Source: Octopus sinensis (Eukaryota). Taken from it: a DNA stretch of 64,000 bases. Under the pieces are notes generated by a model. The model worked only from the letters and a program-made list of their open reading frames with translations. It searched no databases and was not told the origin of the DNA. The stretch lies in the NCBI RefSeq assembly GCF_006345805.1, contig NC_043017.1, positions 26,908,001 to 26,972,000 of the forward strand, given 5' to 3'. Shown here one piece after another: positions 13,329 to 26,300 of the stretch (position 1 is the stretch's first letter; every line of letters begins with the position of its first letter). Made by a program: the position numbers and the translations under genes.

Positions 13329-14300
13329 ATGCACGTAACCATGTCACAAAAACGACAAAGTTGACCACGAGTAGCATAGTGTTATCTAAAAAGAGTGAAG
13401 AAAAAAACAGGTATGAAGAAAGCAAAGATAGGAAACATCCAGGATAAGAGACAATAGCAATATCAGCTGCAACATTTCGATCACAAGAGTCAGCAGGAGT
13501 AGCAAATAGAACAAAATCGAGCGTACAAATGACAATTATGAAAACAGCACCTAGAGCAATGATATTATATAACTACAACAACGCAAATGAAAATAATATC
13601 CCCATCACCGAAACAAAAACGTCAATAATGTTATCTAGAAACTCATTATGGTAACTGCGAGAGCAATAATAAAAACAATAGAATAATGATAGGAAAATAG
13701 TAGGAACAGCTATAATAGCAACAACAACGAGGACGACCACGGCGGTGGCGACGATGATTGCTGTCTCAATGACAACAATGCCAAATGACTATCAGGAACA
13801 GAAATATTACACAAATGAAAAACAACGGAAAAATGACTGACATTAAACGAAAACTAGCAAATTACATAACAACGCAAAGTAATAATAGAAACAAAAGGGG
13901 GAACAAAACGATACAAACACAAAGATAATAACAAAAGCATCGTGATCAGCTGTTAACAGCAGCAATGGCAGCAGTAAGACCTATCCTGTAGGAGCGAAAG
14001 TATAATAGAATATATCATAGAGAATGATGTAAAAAGATAGAAAAGAAAGAACAAATATGGACGACTGGCAATATTTCTAAAGGCGTTCATGTAATACCGG
14101 TCTGTAATTAGTTACGGGAAGAACCGGAGTTATCGATAGCTCAATCATTTTACAAGTCCTACTCTTTGGCATTCTATCTCCTTCTCTTTCTCATGCCCTC
14201 TCTCGTCCACTCTCTCGTTCTCTCTTTCGCTCTCTCTCGCACTCTCTTGCAATATACATGCATGCACACAGGCACACAGGTATATTATACATACAATATA

Positions 14301-14371
<71 letters not shown>

Positions 14372-14442
14372 ACATATATATTTATATATATATATTTATA
14401 TATAATAAAATATTAGGGAATAAATCCAAACTTACAGCAAAT

Positions 14443-14550
<108 letters not shown>

Positions 14551-15392
14551 ACCCTACATCCATGCATAAAATGCTCGAACATAGGTGCAGGAGTATATAT
14601 TTTACATATACGGAAATATATACGCATGTAAATACACACTCATACTCACACACACACTACACACACATACATATATGTACATATATATATCCACGCTCAA
14701 GTGTATGTGTGTGGATGTATCTGTTTCCCTTTCGTATTTACAATTTCTATATTTATGAATTTATATATTAAACTATTAATATCTGAAAAACACAGAAACA
14801 CACATTTGTGCAAACACACTAACATACACACACCTGTGTATCACTATATGTATATGCATATATATAGATATAGCCATCGCTTCCCCCACTCGTCATCTTT
14901 TTCTCTTTCCTTTCCACAAATCTCTACCTTAAAGTTGGATTCATATATTATATATAACTTTGTCTTACTTCGTTTTATTTTTCCATATTATTTCGACACA
15001 AAGAACAATCCCTTTACTTTCATTAATCGGCAATCTCTCCTGATATAATTACGTTCCCTTCAGATACTGGCTATGTACCGCTGACGTACATTTTTCTTTT
15101 CTCTACTGCCTTCCCTACACTCTCTCTCTAACGTTGTCTCTTACTAACTTGTTTCATATTCTAACTACTTCTCCATGTTATATTTTCCCTTTTCTCCCAC
15201 TACCATATAACATCACTCTCTTCAAATCTATTACTCGTTCATTTACTGTCCTATCATTTAAAAATATTCCATAATAACACGGGGAATTATATCGACGTTC
15301 TGAATCAAAAGAGTGAAATTATCCTTTCATACTGTCATCACAAATCTTATTCCCAACTCTTGGTTCCTCAGATTATACTCCATATATATATA

Positions 15393-15452
<60 letters not shown>

Positions 15453-15500
15453 TATATTATATAGATATATATAGTATATATATATATATAATATATATAC

Positions 15501-15534
<34 letters not shown>

Positions 15535-16143
15535 TATATATATACATACATATATACATATATACTTATTTATATTTATATATATATATATAATTTAATT
15601 ATGCATGTATGTCTGTATGCTTGTATGTATTTATATTTCATAGCTATCATATATATTTTACATTATATTGTCACACTTCCAAATCTTACACAGTAGTAAG
15701 ATATGTAACTGTCGTATCCAGTATATGAGTTTGATTCTACAAAATTCATTTATTTTGTAGTTTCATTGTTCTGGCATTTACATCTGTTATAGATACCGCC
15801 ACATGAATATTGCACATATATGTATGTTTATATGACAGGTTTCATGAATTTTCCGTTCATCCAAATGTCATTGTTGCGCCAAAGACGAGATTAGAAATCA
15901 CTTGCCTAAGATTTCACACGGTGGAACTAAACCCATGATCGTCGTACCCACACAGCCACGTTGTGAAATTGTTTCAACAAGGATCCCTATGATGGATATG
16001 CGAGATTGCTCTTATCTTCAGCTTTGCTGTTGACCGCAAAGTTAGGGTGAATGGTTTCATATTTCTTACCTAGCGTATTTTATCGTTTAGATCACTTGTG
16101 AACAAAGCCCCCATAATTTGTATATATATATATATATATATAT

Positions 16144-16285
16144 AGTTAATCCAAAATGAAAACACAAAGAGAAAACACAACAACGCGAGGGTGTGGAACA
16201 AGTATAGAGTTATTCGACACACAAGAAAGGAAAGAAAGAGTATTGAACGTTTCGAGCGGAGCTCTTCGTCAGAAACATAGGATAA
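16144..16285 (-). mobile_element. Penelope-type repeat (same family as 63110-63260) with hammerhead motif
   Basis: Reverse complement of 63110-63260. The minus strand reads GTTT-CTGACGA-A-GAGCTCCGCTC-GAAACGTT. Confidence 0.7.
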
Positions 16286-16378
16286 GGAAAGATCCAAGGA
16301 GGGGAAGACGGAGGAATAAAATCGCAAATGCTACACACGCGTCACAATTTGAATGACCGGAAAGGAATGGGTGTATAC

Positions 16379-16419
<41 letters not shown>

Positions 16420-16421
<2 letters not shown>

Positions 16422-16545
16422 TGATAGGCTTCTTTCAGTTCCTGTCTACCAAACCCACTCACAAGCATTTGGTTGATCAGAGAATATCATAGAAGACACC
16501 AGATGAAATTGCCACGCAACTGGACTGAGGCCAGAACCATGTTTA
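16420..16545 (-). mobile_element. SINE family B head fragment (degraded)
   Basis: GGCTTCTTTCAGTTCCTGTCTACCAAACCCACTCACAAG...GCCACGCAACTGGACTGA matches the reverse complement of the family B 5' half. Confidence 0.7.
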
Positions 16546-17043
16546 TATATTTGTGATTTACATGTTGCATTAATTTTGCTGTGGCCACCCTCAGTTCGCG
16601 TCGTGAAAGGTTTTTAACCTATGTAATCGGAGAACTTATTCTTATTCTATCAGCTTCTTTCCTCCAACCGCTACGTTACGGGCGGTATAGACACCCACAC
16701 TGTTTGGGAAGTGCTGGCGAAAGAAAATCATGGACACACATATATACACATATATACATATGTATACACACACAGACCTATATATATATTCATTATCTCT
16801 CTGTCACCTGCTGAGTATATATGCGTGTTTCTAGGTAACTTCACACCTAAAGAGATTTCAATTCCTCTATCGGTTCTTCATTCTCGCATTCTTCCCGAAA
16901 TGACATTTTCTCATAATGTTCGCCTATTTTCCTACCAACTTTTCAATAATGCCGCAAGGTAATTTCAGTTTAGAAAATTAAACCCTACTTTCATTTTAGC
17001 AATCCTACAGTTCTTGAACATAGTATGTATTATATATATAACC

Positions 17044-17183
<140 letters not shown>

Positions 17184-17599
17184 TATATATATATGGATAT
17201 GGATATGAGATGTAGATTGTATATATATGCATATATGTGTATGTGTATTAATACTTTTTAATACTCTTCGCGATGGATTGCGTGTTCGTTTCCCTTTTCG
17301 CCATTTGTTATTTTATTTTTTTACCGTATATATATATGAAAATATTTCCTCCGTCTGCTTGCTTTTCTCTCTGCAAAACAAAAAGTTACATTGCAGAACG
17401 GTCATTTTAATGAGTTGTATTTATTTATCACCCGAAGGGATACATCTGCACCACCGGATTTTCCTGAGCCAGTTGCTGAATGTCCCACACAAGAGAAATC
17501 GATGCTAGATGTGTCGAAAGTATTGTTGTGATTAAAAATAAATTCTCGTATATTCCACGTTTTGTATTTCATGTGCTATATATATATATATTCCTTTAC

Positions 17600-18175
17600 A
17601 ATTTTTACTGGTCTCAATCAGATGGTGGAACCATGCTGGATCACCTCCTTTCATTGTTTAAAGATTTGCTTTCGATGCTGCTTCTGTTGCACAAACTTGT
17701 TGGACGAGGATGTTCGATTTTGTCCATCCCACTACGACGTAGGTTCTTCTGGGATTTTAGATAGAAATCTCTCCAGGTTTTTTTTAATACTTCCGCTTCT
17801 ACAACTGGCAGATCTCTTAGGTGCCTTGGAAAGATGTTAAAAAGTTGGGGTCCCCTGAAGCAAAGCTATAACAATACTGTGTCCTTATCTGAGGTGAAAA
17901 AAATGGTACCTTTTTCTTTTATGCAGTGTCGCAAGGTTGTTATAGATTTTAACTCCTAATTCAGAAGCTAGTTCTTCCATGATATTGACATCTATACCAC
18001 TTGTTAGGTTTCTCCGCTTCTCTCCAGGGAGTAGAGCTTCAGTTTCTTTATACAAGCAGTTCATTTGTGTCGCCGAATCAAACCACTTATGCCAGTGTAT
18101 CTGGGCTGCTTCAAGTTCCGCAACCAATTTGAAAATCTGTAGCTATCAGTTGGGTGCAGTGATCCAGAAAAGTGA
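17600..18175 (-). mobile_element. 3' relic of a CR1/L2-group LINE (ORF2 C-terminus and 3' tail)
   Basis: Minus-strand translation FRGPQLFNIFPRHLRDLPVVEAEVLKKNLERFLSKIPEEP is homologous to 60918-61133. Tail GGAGGTGATCCAGCATGG...GAGACCAGTAAAAA at 17648-17602. Confidence 0.75.
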
Positions 18176-18242
18176 GGACAAATGTCCTCCATAGGAGGAC
18201 ATACACACATAGATACATACATACACACATATTTACATATAT

Positions 18243-18284
<42 letters not shown>

Positions 18285-18301
18285 ATATGAACACTTATAT
18301 G

Positions 18302-18347
<46 letters not shown>

Positions 18348-18517
18348 TATATATATATATATATGTGCATGTGTGTGTGTGTCTATATATATATATGTGT
18401 CTATAAATATATGTATTTATGTATATGTGGGGGGATTGCGTGTGTATTTATTATAACATACAATATTATTTATAATGCACATACACATATTTATTCATAG
18501 AAACATAGATGCATATG

Positions 18518-18576
<59 letters not shown>

Positions 18577-18707
18577 TATACATATATATATATATACGTG
18601 TATGCATACATATATATATATTTATATATATCTATGTATATAAATATATATATACATACATATGTATATATTTATATATATATGTATATAAATATATATA
18701 TATATAC

Positions 18708-18794
<87 letters not shown>

Positions 18795-19243
18795 GCATAT
18801 ATATTTCTGTCTATGTGTATGTATCTGTTTCGTTGTGTATTTTTGTGCTATATTAACTAGAATATCTATTTTAAATCTAGACCATTTTCTTATTGTATTC
18901 ATCACGCTGCAGTTAATTAAATTTTGCACCTGAGAGCTATGTGTTCCACAATAGTTCAAAACACTTAAGTAATGAGTTTAACCTATTCAACACAATGAAA
19001 AAAAATTTCTTAGATTTGGTACATTTTATTTTGATAGAAAATAGTAGAACCTATTAATATGTATATTTACTTCCAAAGGAGGCAACTTGAGAGACCAAAT
19101 GTATTTTCACAATACTGAATATATATAATATATATAATATATACATATATATCTTCTAAATTTGATACATAAATACACATATATATATATATATATATAG
19201 ATATATATATATAAATACGCATATGCATGTCTGTACGTATGCA

Positions 19244-19308
<65 letters not shown>

Positions 19309-19498
19309 ATATATATATATATATTATATATATTATATATATGTATGTATATATATGTATATGTATGTATATATATATGCATATATATATTATACACTTA
19401 TCTCTCTTACTGTGTGCATACATGTATATATACATGCATAAATACATACATGCATTCATAAAGACGTACGGATATATATATTTATATATATATATATA

Positions 19499-19558
<60 letters not shown>

Positions 19559-19639
19559 GGCAATTTCACCCATCATTTGGACGGTTTTACATATTTTGGT
19601 GGTTTTCTTTTCAGTTTTTTCCAGGGGACACTTAAGAGG

Positions 19640-20850
19640 GCGATCCATTTTTTCAAGATATCTTCCTTTAACGAAATTTGAAGAAATCAGTGTTCAGCGT
19701 TGCTGACAGGATTAATAGAACCTATCCGATAATAGTTTTGGCACTGAATTATGAGCGATGACACATATGTGTCTACATGAATGGATTTCTGACCGATATT
19801 TGTCATCTGGAATCGAGAGTTTTAAGCGCAAATTTTCTGTACAAATTTTTGCGAATCAGGGAGTTGACCAAAGAGTAAGAGGAGTTAATCCTGGGGACTG
19901 TTTCGCAGGTCAAGCAAGCGAACGTTTCTGTTTGAGCAGCATAGGTCACTGGATACACCAGCCCATTTGAGGGCATCGCAAAATGGACATATTACAAACG
20001 GCGCAGGAGTGGCTGTGTGGTAAGTAGCTTGCTAAACAACCACATGGTTCCGGGTTCAGTCCCACTGCGTGGCATCTTGGGGAAGTGTCTTCTGCTATAG
20101 CCCCGGGCCGACCAATGCCTTGTGAGTGGATTTGTTAGACGGAAACTGAAAGAAGTCTGTCGTATATATGTATGTATATGTATATGTGTATGTGTGTGTG
20201 TTTGTGTGTCTGTGTTTGTCCCCCTAGCATTGCTTGACAACCGATGCTGGTGTGTTTACGTCCCCGTCACTTAGCGGTTCGGCAAAAGAGACTGATAGAA
20301 TACGTACTGGGCTTACAAAGAATAAGTCCCGGGGTTGATTTGCTCGACTAAAGGCGGTGCTCCAGCATGGCCGCAGTCAAATGACTGAAACAAGTAAAAG
20401 AGTAAAAGAGTAAAAGAGTATATCTCCCGTAAACCTCCCACAATGTGTGGCGTGATCCTCGGCAGGATCAGAGTTAGGCGATTATGATGCTCATCGACTA
20501 CTCGATGGCTTCCAATAGCCATGGAGAGAAGACTTCCGGTGAACATTAGACTGGACTTACATTAGCTGATGGCTATCGTCGTCTGCCAACCTCACGGCAG
20601 ACGTGGATGCAGTGTTACGTGCCCGACAGATAGCACACTTTCGTGGGGTTTCTGTGGCTTTTGCATCAGCAGCATGCACTCGATAGTTCTCACGTTGCTC
20701 TGGAGTAATCACAGTTCTAGCAGCGGCAGCTATTCCGAACAGTCTCCAGGACCTCTGGTCCTTATTTTCTTTGGCCTTCCTGCACTGCTGTCTTTCCACT
20801 GCAGAAGGGTTTCTACCAATGTATGCTCACTTTTTAAGTGGCATGCTTGT
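19640..20850 (-). pseudogene. Helitron RepHel N-terminal relic, split by a SINE-B insertion
   Basis: Minus strand 19997-19680 reads ICPFCDALKWAGVSSDLCCSNRNVRL...NSRFQMT...QCQNYYRIGSINP...FLQI, matching the Helitron Rep N-terminal pattern CxxCxALKW..CCxxGKV..YNSxFQMTS..QGQVYHRIGSL..FLQI. The upstream segment 20850-20423 has ITPEQRE/ETP repeats typical of Helitron N-termini. Confidence 0.7.
20000..20420 (+). mobile_element. SINE family B, full length, low divergence
   Basis: GGCGCAGGAGTGGCTGTGTGGTAAG head with B-box-like GGTTCAGTCCC, a CTTGGG(C)AAGTGTC motif, internal (TA)/(TG)n, and tail GGCGGTGCTCCAGCATGG...(GTAAAAGA)n. Confidence 0.95.
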
Positions 20851-21029
20851 ATTTACTCTTTACTCTTTTACTCATTCACTTGTTTCAGGCACTTTACTGT
20901 GGCCATGCTGGAGAACCGCCATTAGTCGATGAAATCGACCCAGGACTTATTCTTTGTAAGCCTAGTACTTATTCTATCAGTCTCTTTTGCCGAACCGTCA
21001 AGATACGTTGATGTAAACACACCAGCATC
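20851..21029 (-). mobile_element. SINE family B, 3' half
   Basis: TTTACTCTTTACTCTTTTAC...GGCCATGCTGGAGAACCGCC...CTTTTGCCGAACC. Confidence 0.85.
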
Positions 21030-21030
21030 A

Positions 21031-21178
21031 CTCACTCTTTCTTCTGTTGGCTTGCTTGCTTAGCCAGCGTGGTGGCGTCATTTCAAGACTAAAACAATGC
21101 GAAACGCATTGTGACAAGCGATGTATAGCAACATCTGATAACCTTGTCGGTCACGGTGATCACGGTGATCACGGTGAT
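21031..21178 (+). mobile_element. SINE family C, tail type 2 only
   Basis: GCTTAGCCAGCGTGGTGGCGTC...GTAGCAACATCTGA...GGTCACGGTGA matches the 3' ends of the copies at 27878 and 40881. Confidence 0.8.
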
Positions 21179-22384
21179 ATATATATATATATATATATAA
21201 CTTTAACAATTAAGGACAAAATCTTAATAAGGAATCTTAACAAGAAATTATCAGGTAGTTAGCGTGAAAAACTTCATAAGAGAAAAAATCCGAAAATAAT
21301 TTTTTCACTTGAAAATATTTATTTATATTGTATGGAGGGCATTATTACACATAAATCCCACACGCTAAGAGGGACATAAGTCATTACTACCAAAATTTAA
21401 CTAATCATACCGAATGCAGCTCTATCTTGGTACTGCGTTCGAGTTCAGCATAGATTGCAATGCGGATGAAAGCTATGAGAACCTCTTAGTGTTGTTCTGT
21501 GGATGTGTAGAGTGGGTGAGAATATATAAACATAACTATGATTCCTTATTCATGTATATTTATTGATATGCCTATTGTTTTGTGACGTTTGATAATATCA
21601 CGTAATTCAGATGAAATTATTCATTTATAACAATTGTCTGTTTTTCTAATATTATATCACTAATACAATACCTGGCCTCTCCACTGAATTCGAGATATCA
21701 GCAACAATGTGCAAAATAGTGCTATATAATGCACACTGTATTAAAGTATTCGGTTTATCTTTCTTGTCTTCAGTTGTTAAATTTGCATACGGTGTGCTAG
21801 GAAGAATTCTGTTCTTTATTTTTCTACATACATTGTTAAAGTTAATCTTTAATTTTCATCGTATAATCATTATACGCTATAGATGGTACAATAAGATATA
21901 GTTATAATGTGGATTAATAAATTTTAAACAGATCCTGGTCTTGAAATATATAATATTTGAATCCGTTACATACAATTCAGTTCTTTACTTTTGACTGAAT
22001 ATTGTATATTTTAAGCATATACTTAGGATGTCTGAAGAAAAAAGAAAAATGGTGAAAGCTAGCCTGGTATTTCGTTCGGTACTGCGTAAACACTTCATGA
22101 TTGCTGACATACGATTCAACACCTAGTTGGCCTTTCAAATTCCTGAATATTAGATGTGTTGGTATATAACCAGTACTCGCAAAAGGACGGAATTTCTACC
22201 AAGTTGTCATGAATCAGATTTGAACATTGAGCTAACGGGTATTACATGGCAAAAACGAATAAATATTTCATATGATCTTTCTATTACTGACTGCTATTTT
22301 ATACTTCTATTCCTTTTTAGTATAGTATAATTTATCCCAACTCTTATTTCCGACGTAATTCCACTGCATTATTTATTATATATA

Positions 22385-22416
<32 letters not shown>

Positions 22417-23969
22417 GTACAAAATATATAATATATATATAGTTTTGGGGTGTGTATATTACTTATGTCAATGTTTCCATAGGGTTGACTACAATAAAAT
22501 ATAATAACGTGTCACGTCAGAATCTTATTGATGGTAATAATGTGTTTTGAGAAAATGTATAAAGAACAGATAAATAAATAAAAGAAACAAGTAAAGAAGC
22601 ATAGCACCGCAACAAAGTATTTCTACAGGAAAGAATATTATCTTAGCAGAGATAAATGACGACGCGAGCATGTTGAAAATCAGAATAGTGTTAATAAAAC
22701 ATGCACCATTATCTGGTGTTTCTTTACTTTAGCTTATAAATTGCTTCTATCGCTTCACCCAAATTCTCTTTGGTCGTTAATGCCATCTTGAGTGCTTCTT
22801 GTCATCCATCACTCTCAGTAGAACTTATATTCTGCAAAACAGCTTTCTGCGATAAATACGTTTTCGACGCCAAGGCCTCGCTTATTACTATATTCTGCTA
22901 TATTTTTTGCCACGGCATCCTTCATCACGTGTCTTTTGCCGTTATTTGTAGTATTTCAGTCGCTGCGTTCCTTATTTCTTAATTTATATTATCTTTCATA
23001 CATTATACATTTATCATACAGTGCTTTGATTGCTATTTATGTTTAATTATCCTTATCAAATATACTTAATGAATTAGATGAATTAAATACCATTTTCTTA
23101 TTGTATTTTTGATATTATTTTCTCTATCTCCAGCAAGTGTAATTCCTGAACTCTCATTATAAAAAAGAAGAAAAAAAAACTCTTCTTTAATCATCATTTA
23201 CAAATCTCAAACCATTTCTTTGAGATGTACTTTAACAGCCGTTGGAAATATTGTGTCAATTAAAGTACATCCATTATTCCCACGGTGCCTTTGATATGAA
23301 TATGAATTCGCAATTTAATCTCTAAGAATCGTTAGAGCATCGACATGAAAGAGCCTGCATACTTTCTTCTATTCCCTTACTGTCTTAGTTCAAATGCGAC
23401 GAGTATCATCGTCGCTTTCAATTACTTTATCAAAATAAATACAGTAGGAAGGCTGAATTTAATATATGAAAAAAGCCGTCCCACGTGCCATGAATTCGGT
23501 TCTGCATTCTAATCAAAAGAGCATTTTTGTTGTTGTTTATCATTCATGTTATTATGTCCAGAGTTACGTATTATGATACCAAATACGATACAATTCGATA
23601 TTACTTGTAGATTAACGTATTTCTGAATTCTAGCTGTTGTGTTAATTTTATTGATTAAACAGTTCCTAAAATTTATATCCTTGTTCCTAAATCGAATTAC
23701 TAATACGAACACAAAAAAAAAACACCAATAAAGATAATTGTCTCTGATAACTACGGAGGTTTGCTATCTTCAGTACAGCTGTTAGTCTATTATGGAGACC
23801 AAAGGAGGCAATTTCACCTCGCCGGAATGTGGATTTAGAACGTAATAGTTAGAGGAATGCAACTAGGCATATAATCTGGGCTAGAACTCTTTATGCAAAT
23901 ATACCAAAGTGTGAACAACATTTATTCGCATTCATATCGTCTCCAGTTGCTAACCGTAGACCTATTCTT

Positions 23970-24150
23970 TTTCCTCATTTACTTGTTTCACCGCCTTTAG
24001 TCGAGCAGATCGACCCCATGAATTATTCTTTGTAAGCCTAGTACTTATTGTATCGGTCTCTTTTGCCGAACGGCTATGTTACGAGAACGTAAACAAACCA
24101 AAATCGATTGTCAAGCGATGGTGGGACGGGCAAATACAGACACACAAAAG
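23970..24150 (-). mobile_element. SINE family B, 3' half with internal deletion
   Basis: TTTACTTGTTTCA|CCGCCTTTAGTCGAGCAGATCGACCCC...CTTTTGCCGAACGG. Confidence 0.8.
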
Positions 24151-24298
24151 CATACATATATAAATGTATATGGGAAGACCAAAGCTGGCAGGTAACGCCA
24201 TTTAAGTGTTATGGAAGGGCCGCAATTAAACTCTCGTTTCGATAATAATACGAGTGAGGAGTCAAGTTATCTCTTGATATCGCTAGTGATAACAATAC

Positions 24299-24610
24299 TC
24301 AAAATATATAACAGACTGGAATTGTTAGACCGTCTCTTGTAATTTCGGTCAATTGTATCTTGTCCTCCCTCTTGTATTGAAGTGTGGCTACAATCCAGCG
24401 TACCTCTACTTCTGGGGGGAGGGGTATTTTTAATTTTTTCCGGGACGCCCTACGTCCCAGATATAGAGGTAAAAAATAAAATATTTCCACTTTGCAAGTT
24501 CGAGTCGAATACTGCCTTGCACGCTCCGTTGACTCGAACCTTGCTTCTATTGTGGCGAATTTACCTTTCATAGTCGCACCAAGACACTTTTCGAAGGTGC
24601 TTTCCTCCAT
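24299..24610 (-). pseudogene. possible LINE ORF1-like relic
   Basis: Non-repetitive 103-aa ORF (FATIEARFESTERARQYST...FLPLYLGRRASR) with protein-like composition. The resemblance to cephalopod LINE ORF1 is from memory only. Confidence 0.3.
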
Positions 24611-24929
24611 GTGTTCAAATCTTCTTTTATCTCTACATTGTATACTTTATAGACAATAGTCTTGTCTTTAATTTAATTTTTTTATTATCCATCTGGACTA
24701 TTCGATTTCTGCAGGCTAATTTTATTTTTAAATTATTCCCATTCATGTTAAACCATTTATTCAAGTTCAAGTCATTGTTGCAATTTTATACCAATTGCTA
24801 TTTTTACTTTTGTTATGTTACGATTATATTATACTTTAGTTTGATTTTAATTATTACTTACTACATATAATTCAATTGTTATTATTATTTTTATTGTTAA
24901 AGTGAAAGTATCTGACATAAAATAGAGAA

Positions 24930-25146
24930 ATGTTTTTGTTTCACTTTTAACACGTAATACTGAAATAGTGGAGAAGATATGATATCGCTCTAGGCAAGAA
25001 GTTGAACATTTTTATTTGCCCATAAAACTAGATGGACCCTAAGTAAGGCATGTGTAAAATTTGAATGAAATTGGTTGTGTAGTTCTCAAGTTTTAGGGAA
25101 ACACACAGACAGACAGACACACATTCTCAGTTTTATATATATAAAG
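24930..25146 (-). mobile_element. non-autonomous Helitron-like element, 5' portion
   Basis: The minus strand begins TC(T)TTATATATATAAAACTGAGAATGTGTGTCTGTCTGTCTG...AACTACACAACCAATTTCATTCAAAATTTTACAC, a typical Helitron-N 5' architecture. Confidence 0.45.
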
Positions 25147-25354
25147 ATATATATATAGATATATATATATATATGATAAATGACAAAAAGGAAAATACGC
25201 ACACTTACATAGTTTTGATATAAATTTTAAGATATCGACCGGTTTCGCTATCCCCATTCATGATATTATTTTATACTTATTTGAATATATATTTTTTCTT
25301 AAGAAGAAATTTGGTCCATGTCTTGTGTGATGAAATTCACGAGTGAATACATAC

Positions 25355-25411
<57 letters not shown>

Positions 25412-25550
25412 TACGGTCTTCTTTCAGCTTACATCAATCAAATCCCCTCACAAGGATTGGTCATCCTAAGCTATATTAGAGGACACTTGTCGAAGCTGCC
25501 ACACAGTGGAATTGAACCTGGAATCGTGTGGTTAGTTAGCAAGCTACTTT
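25412..25550 (-). mobile_element. SINE family B head fragment (degraded)
   Basis: CTTCTTTCAG...CTCACAAGG...GACACTTGTCGAAGCTGCCACACAGTGGAATTGAACC...TTAGCAAGCTACTT. Confidence 0.75.
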
Positions 25551-25649
25551 ATTTCATTCAATTTACCATCAACGCATTACATAGAAGTAGTAGCTACGGG
25601 CTGCACAATAACATTAATAAGATGAATGATGAATATAATGGTATTAATG

Positions 25650-26300
25650 AGGGAAACTAGGCGACGCCCGCCAATCGCTCTCTCCCGAAACCATCGTTCT
25701 TTTACAAAACATAAAATTTGATGTAATAAGCCTCTTACTAATGTTCCATTGGACACAATATCCTTGCAAATGAGATACTAGGCATCTTACATTTTCTCTC
25801 ATGGACATATGACCTTTTAAGTATGAAGCACTCATCTTCTTAATTTTTACTGTTTCCCGCACCGCCGGCAACTGACCATGCTCAAAGTGTCACTTAAGCA
25901 GCTCAAGAAGCGGAATATATCTTGTGCGAAGGAGTCCAGTACCTTGAAAAGATCCGTGTCTGAGATGACCGCCAAAGCTACGCGCGGAGTCTATCCGAGA
26001 TCTTTAGATTATGTCACCTCCCTTGGCAAACATTTTAGTAAACTTTCCCACCGCTTCTCCCATGCGGAAGAAGACCAAAAATTCCTCTCGCACATGGGTT
26101 GAGGCCACAACCTCCATCGTCAGCGGCACAAATACCAACCGACTGGGCTTCGGAATATGCCAGGAGTGTATCACCCGCCGGCACTGCCTCGTTTTTCTTC
26201 TTTTTTTCTCCCCTTTGCTACGGAAAGGTGTAGTTCCTCCGCTTTAACCGGAGGATCTTCCCTCCCTCTCGCAGCCTTGAGTTCCTTCGGTGGGCAGCAT
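25650..26300 (-). pseudogene. GC-richer island, possible decayed LINE ORF1 C-terminus/ORF2 start
   Basis: The minus strand reads EEFLVFFRMGEAVGKFTKMFAKEV*SKDLG*TPRVALAVIS...DTLSMV with stops. Family assignment is unverified. Confidence 0.3.

Noticed and set aside
13340-14100. A-rich, strand-skewed block
   Set aside because: Consistent with decayed AAC/AAT/AGC microsatellites; no unit or ORF was found.
20557-20799. Host-gene exon (ERQQCRK...SHQL) with good splice signals
   Set aside because: It is better explained as the Helitron N-terminus, collinear with the Rep motifs beyond the SINE; kept only as a possible exonisation.
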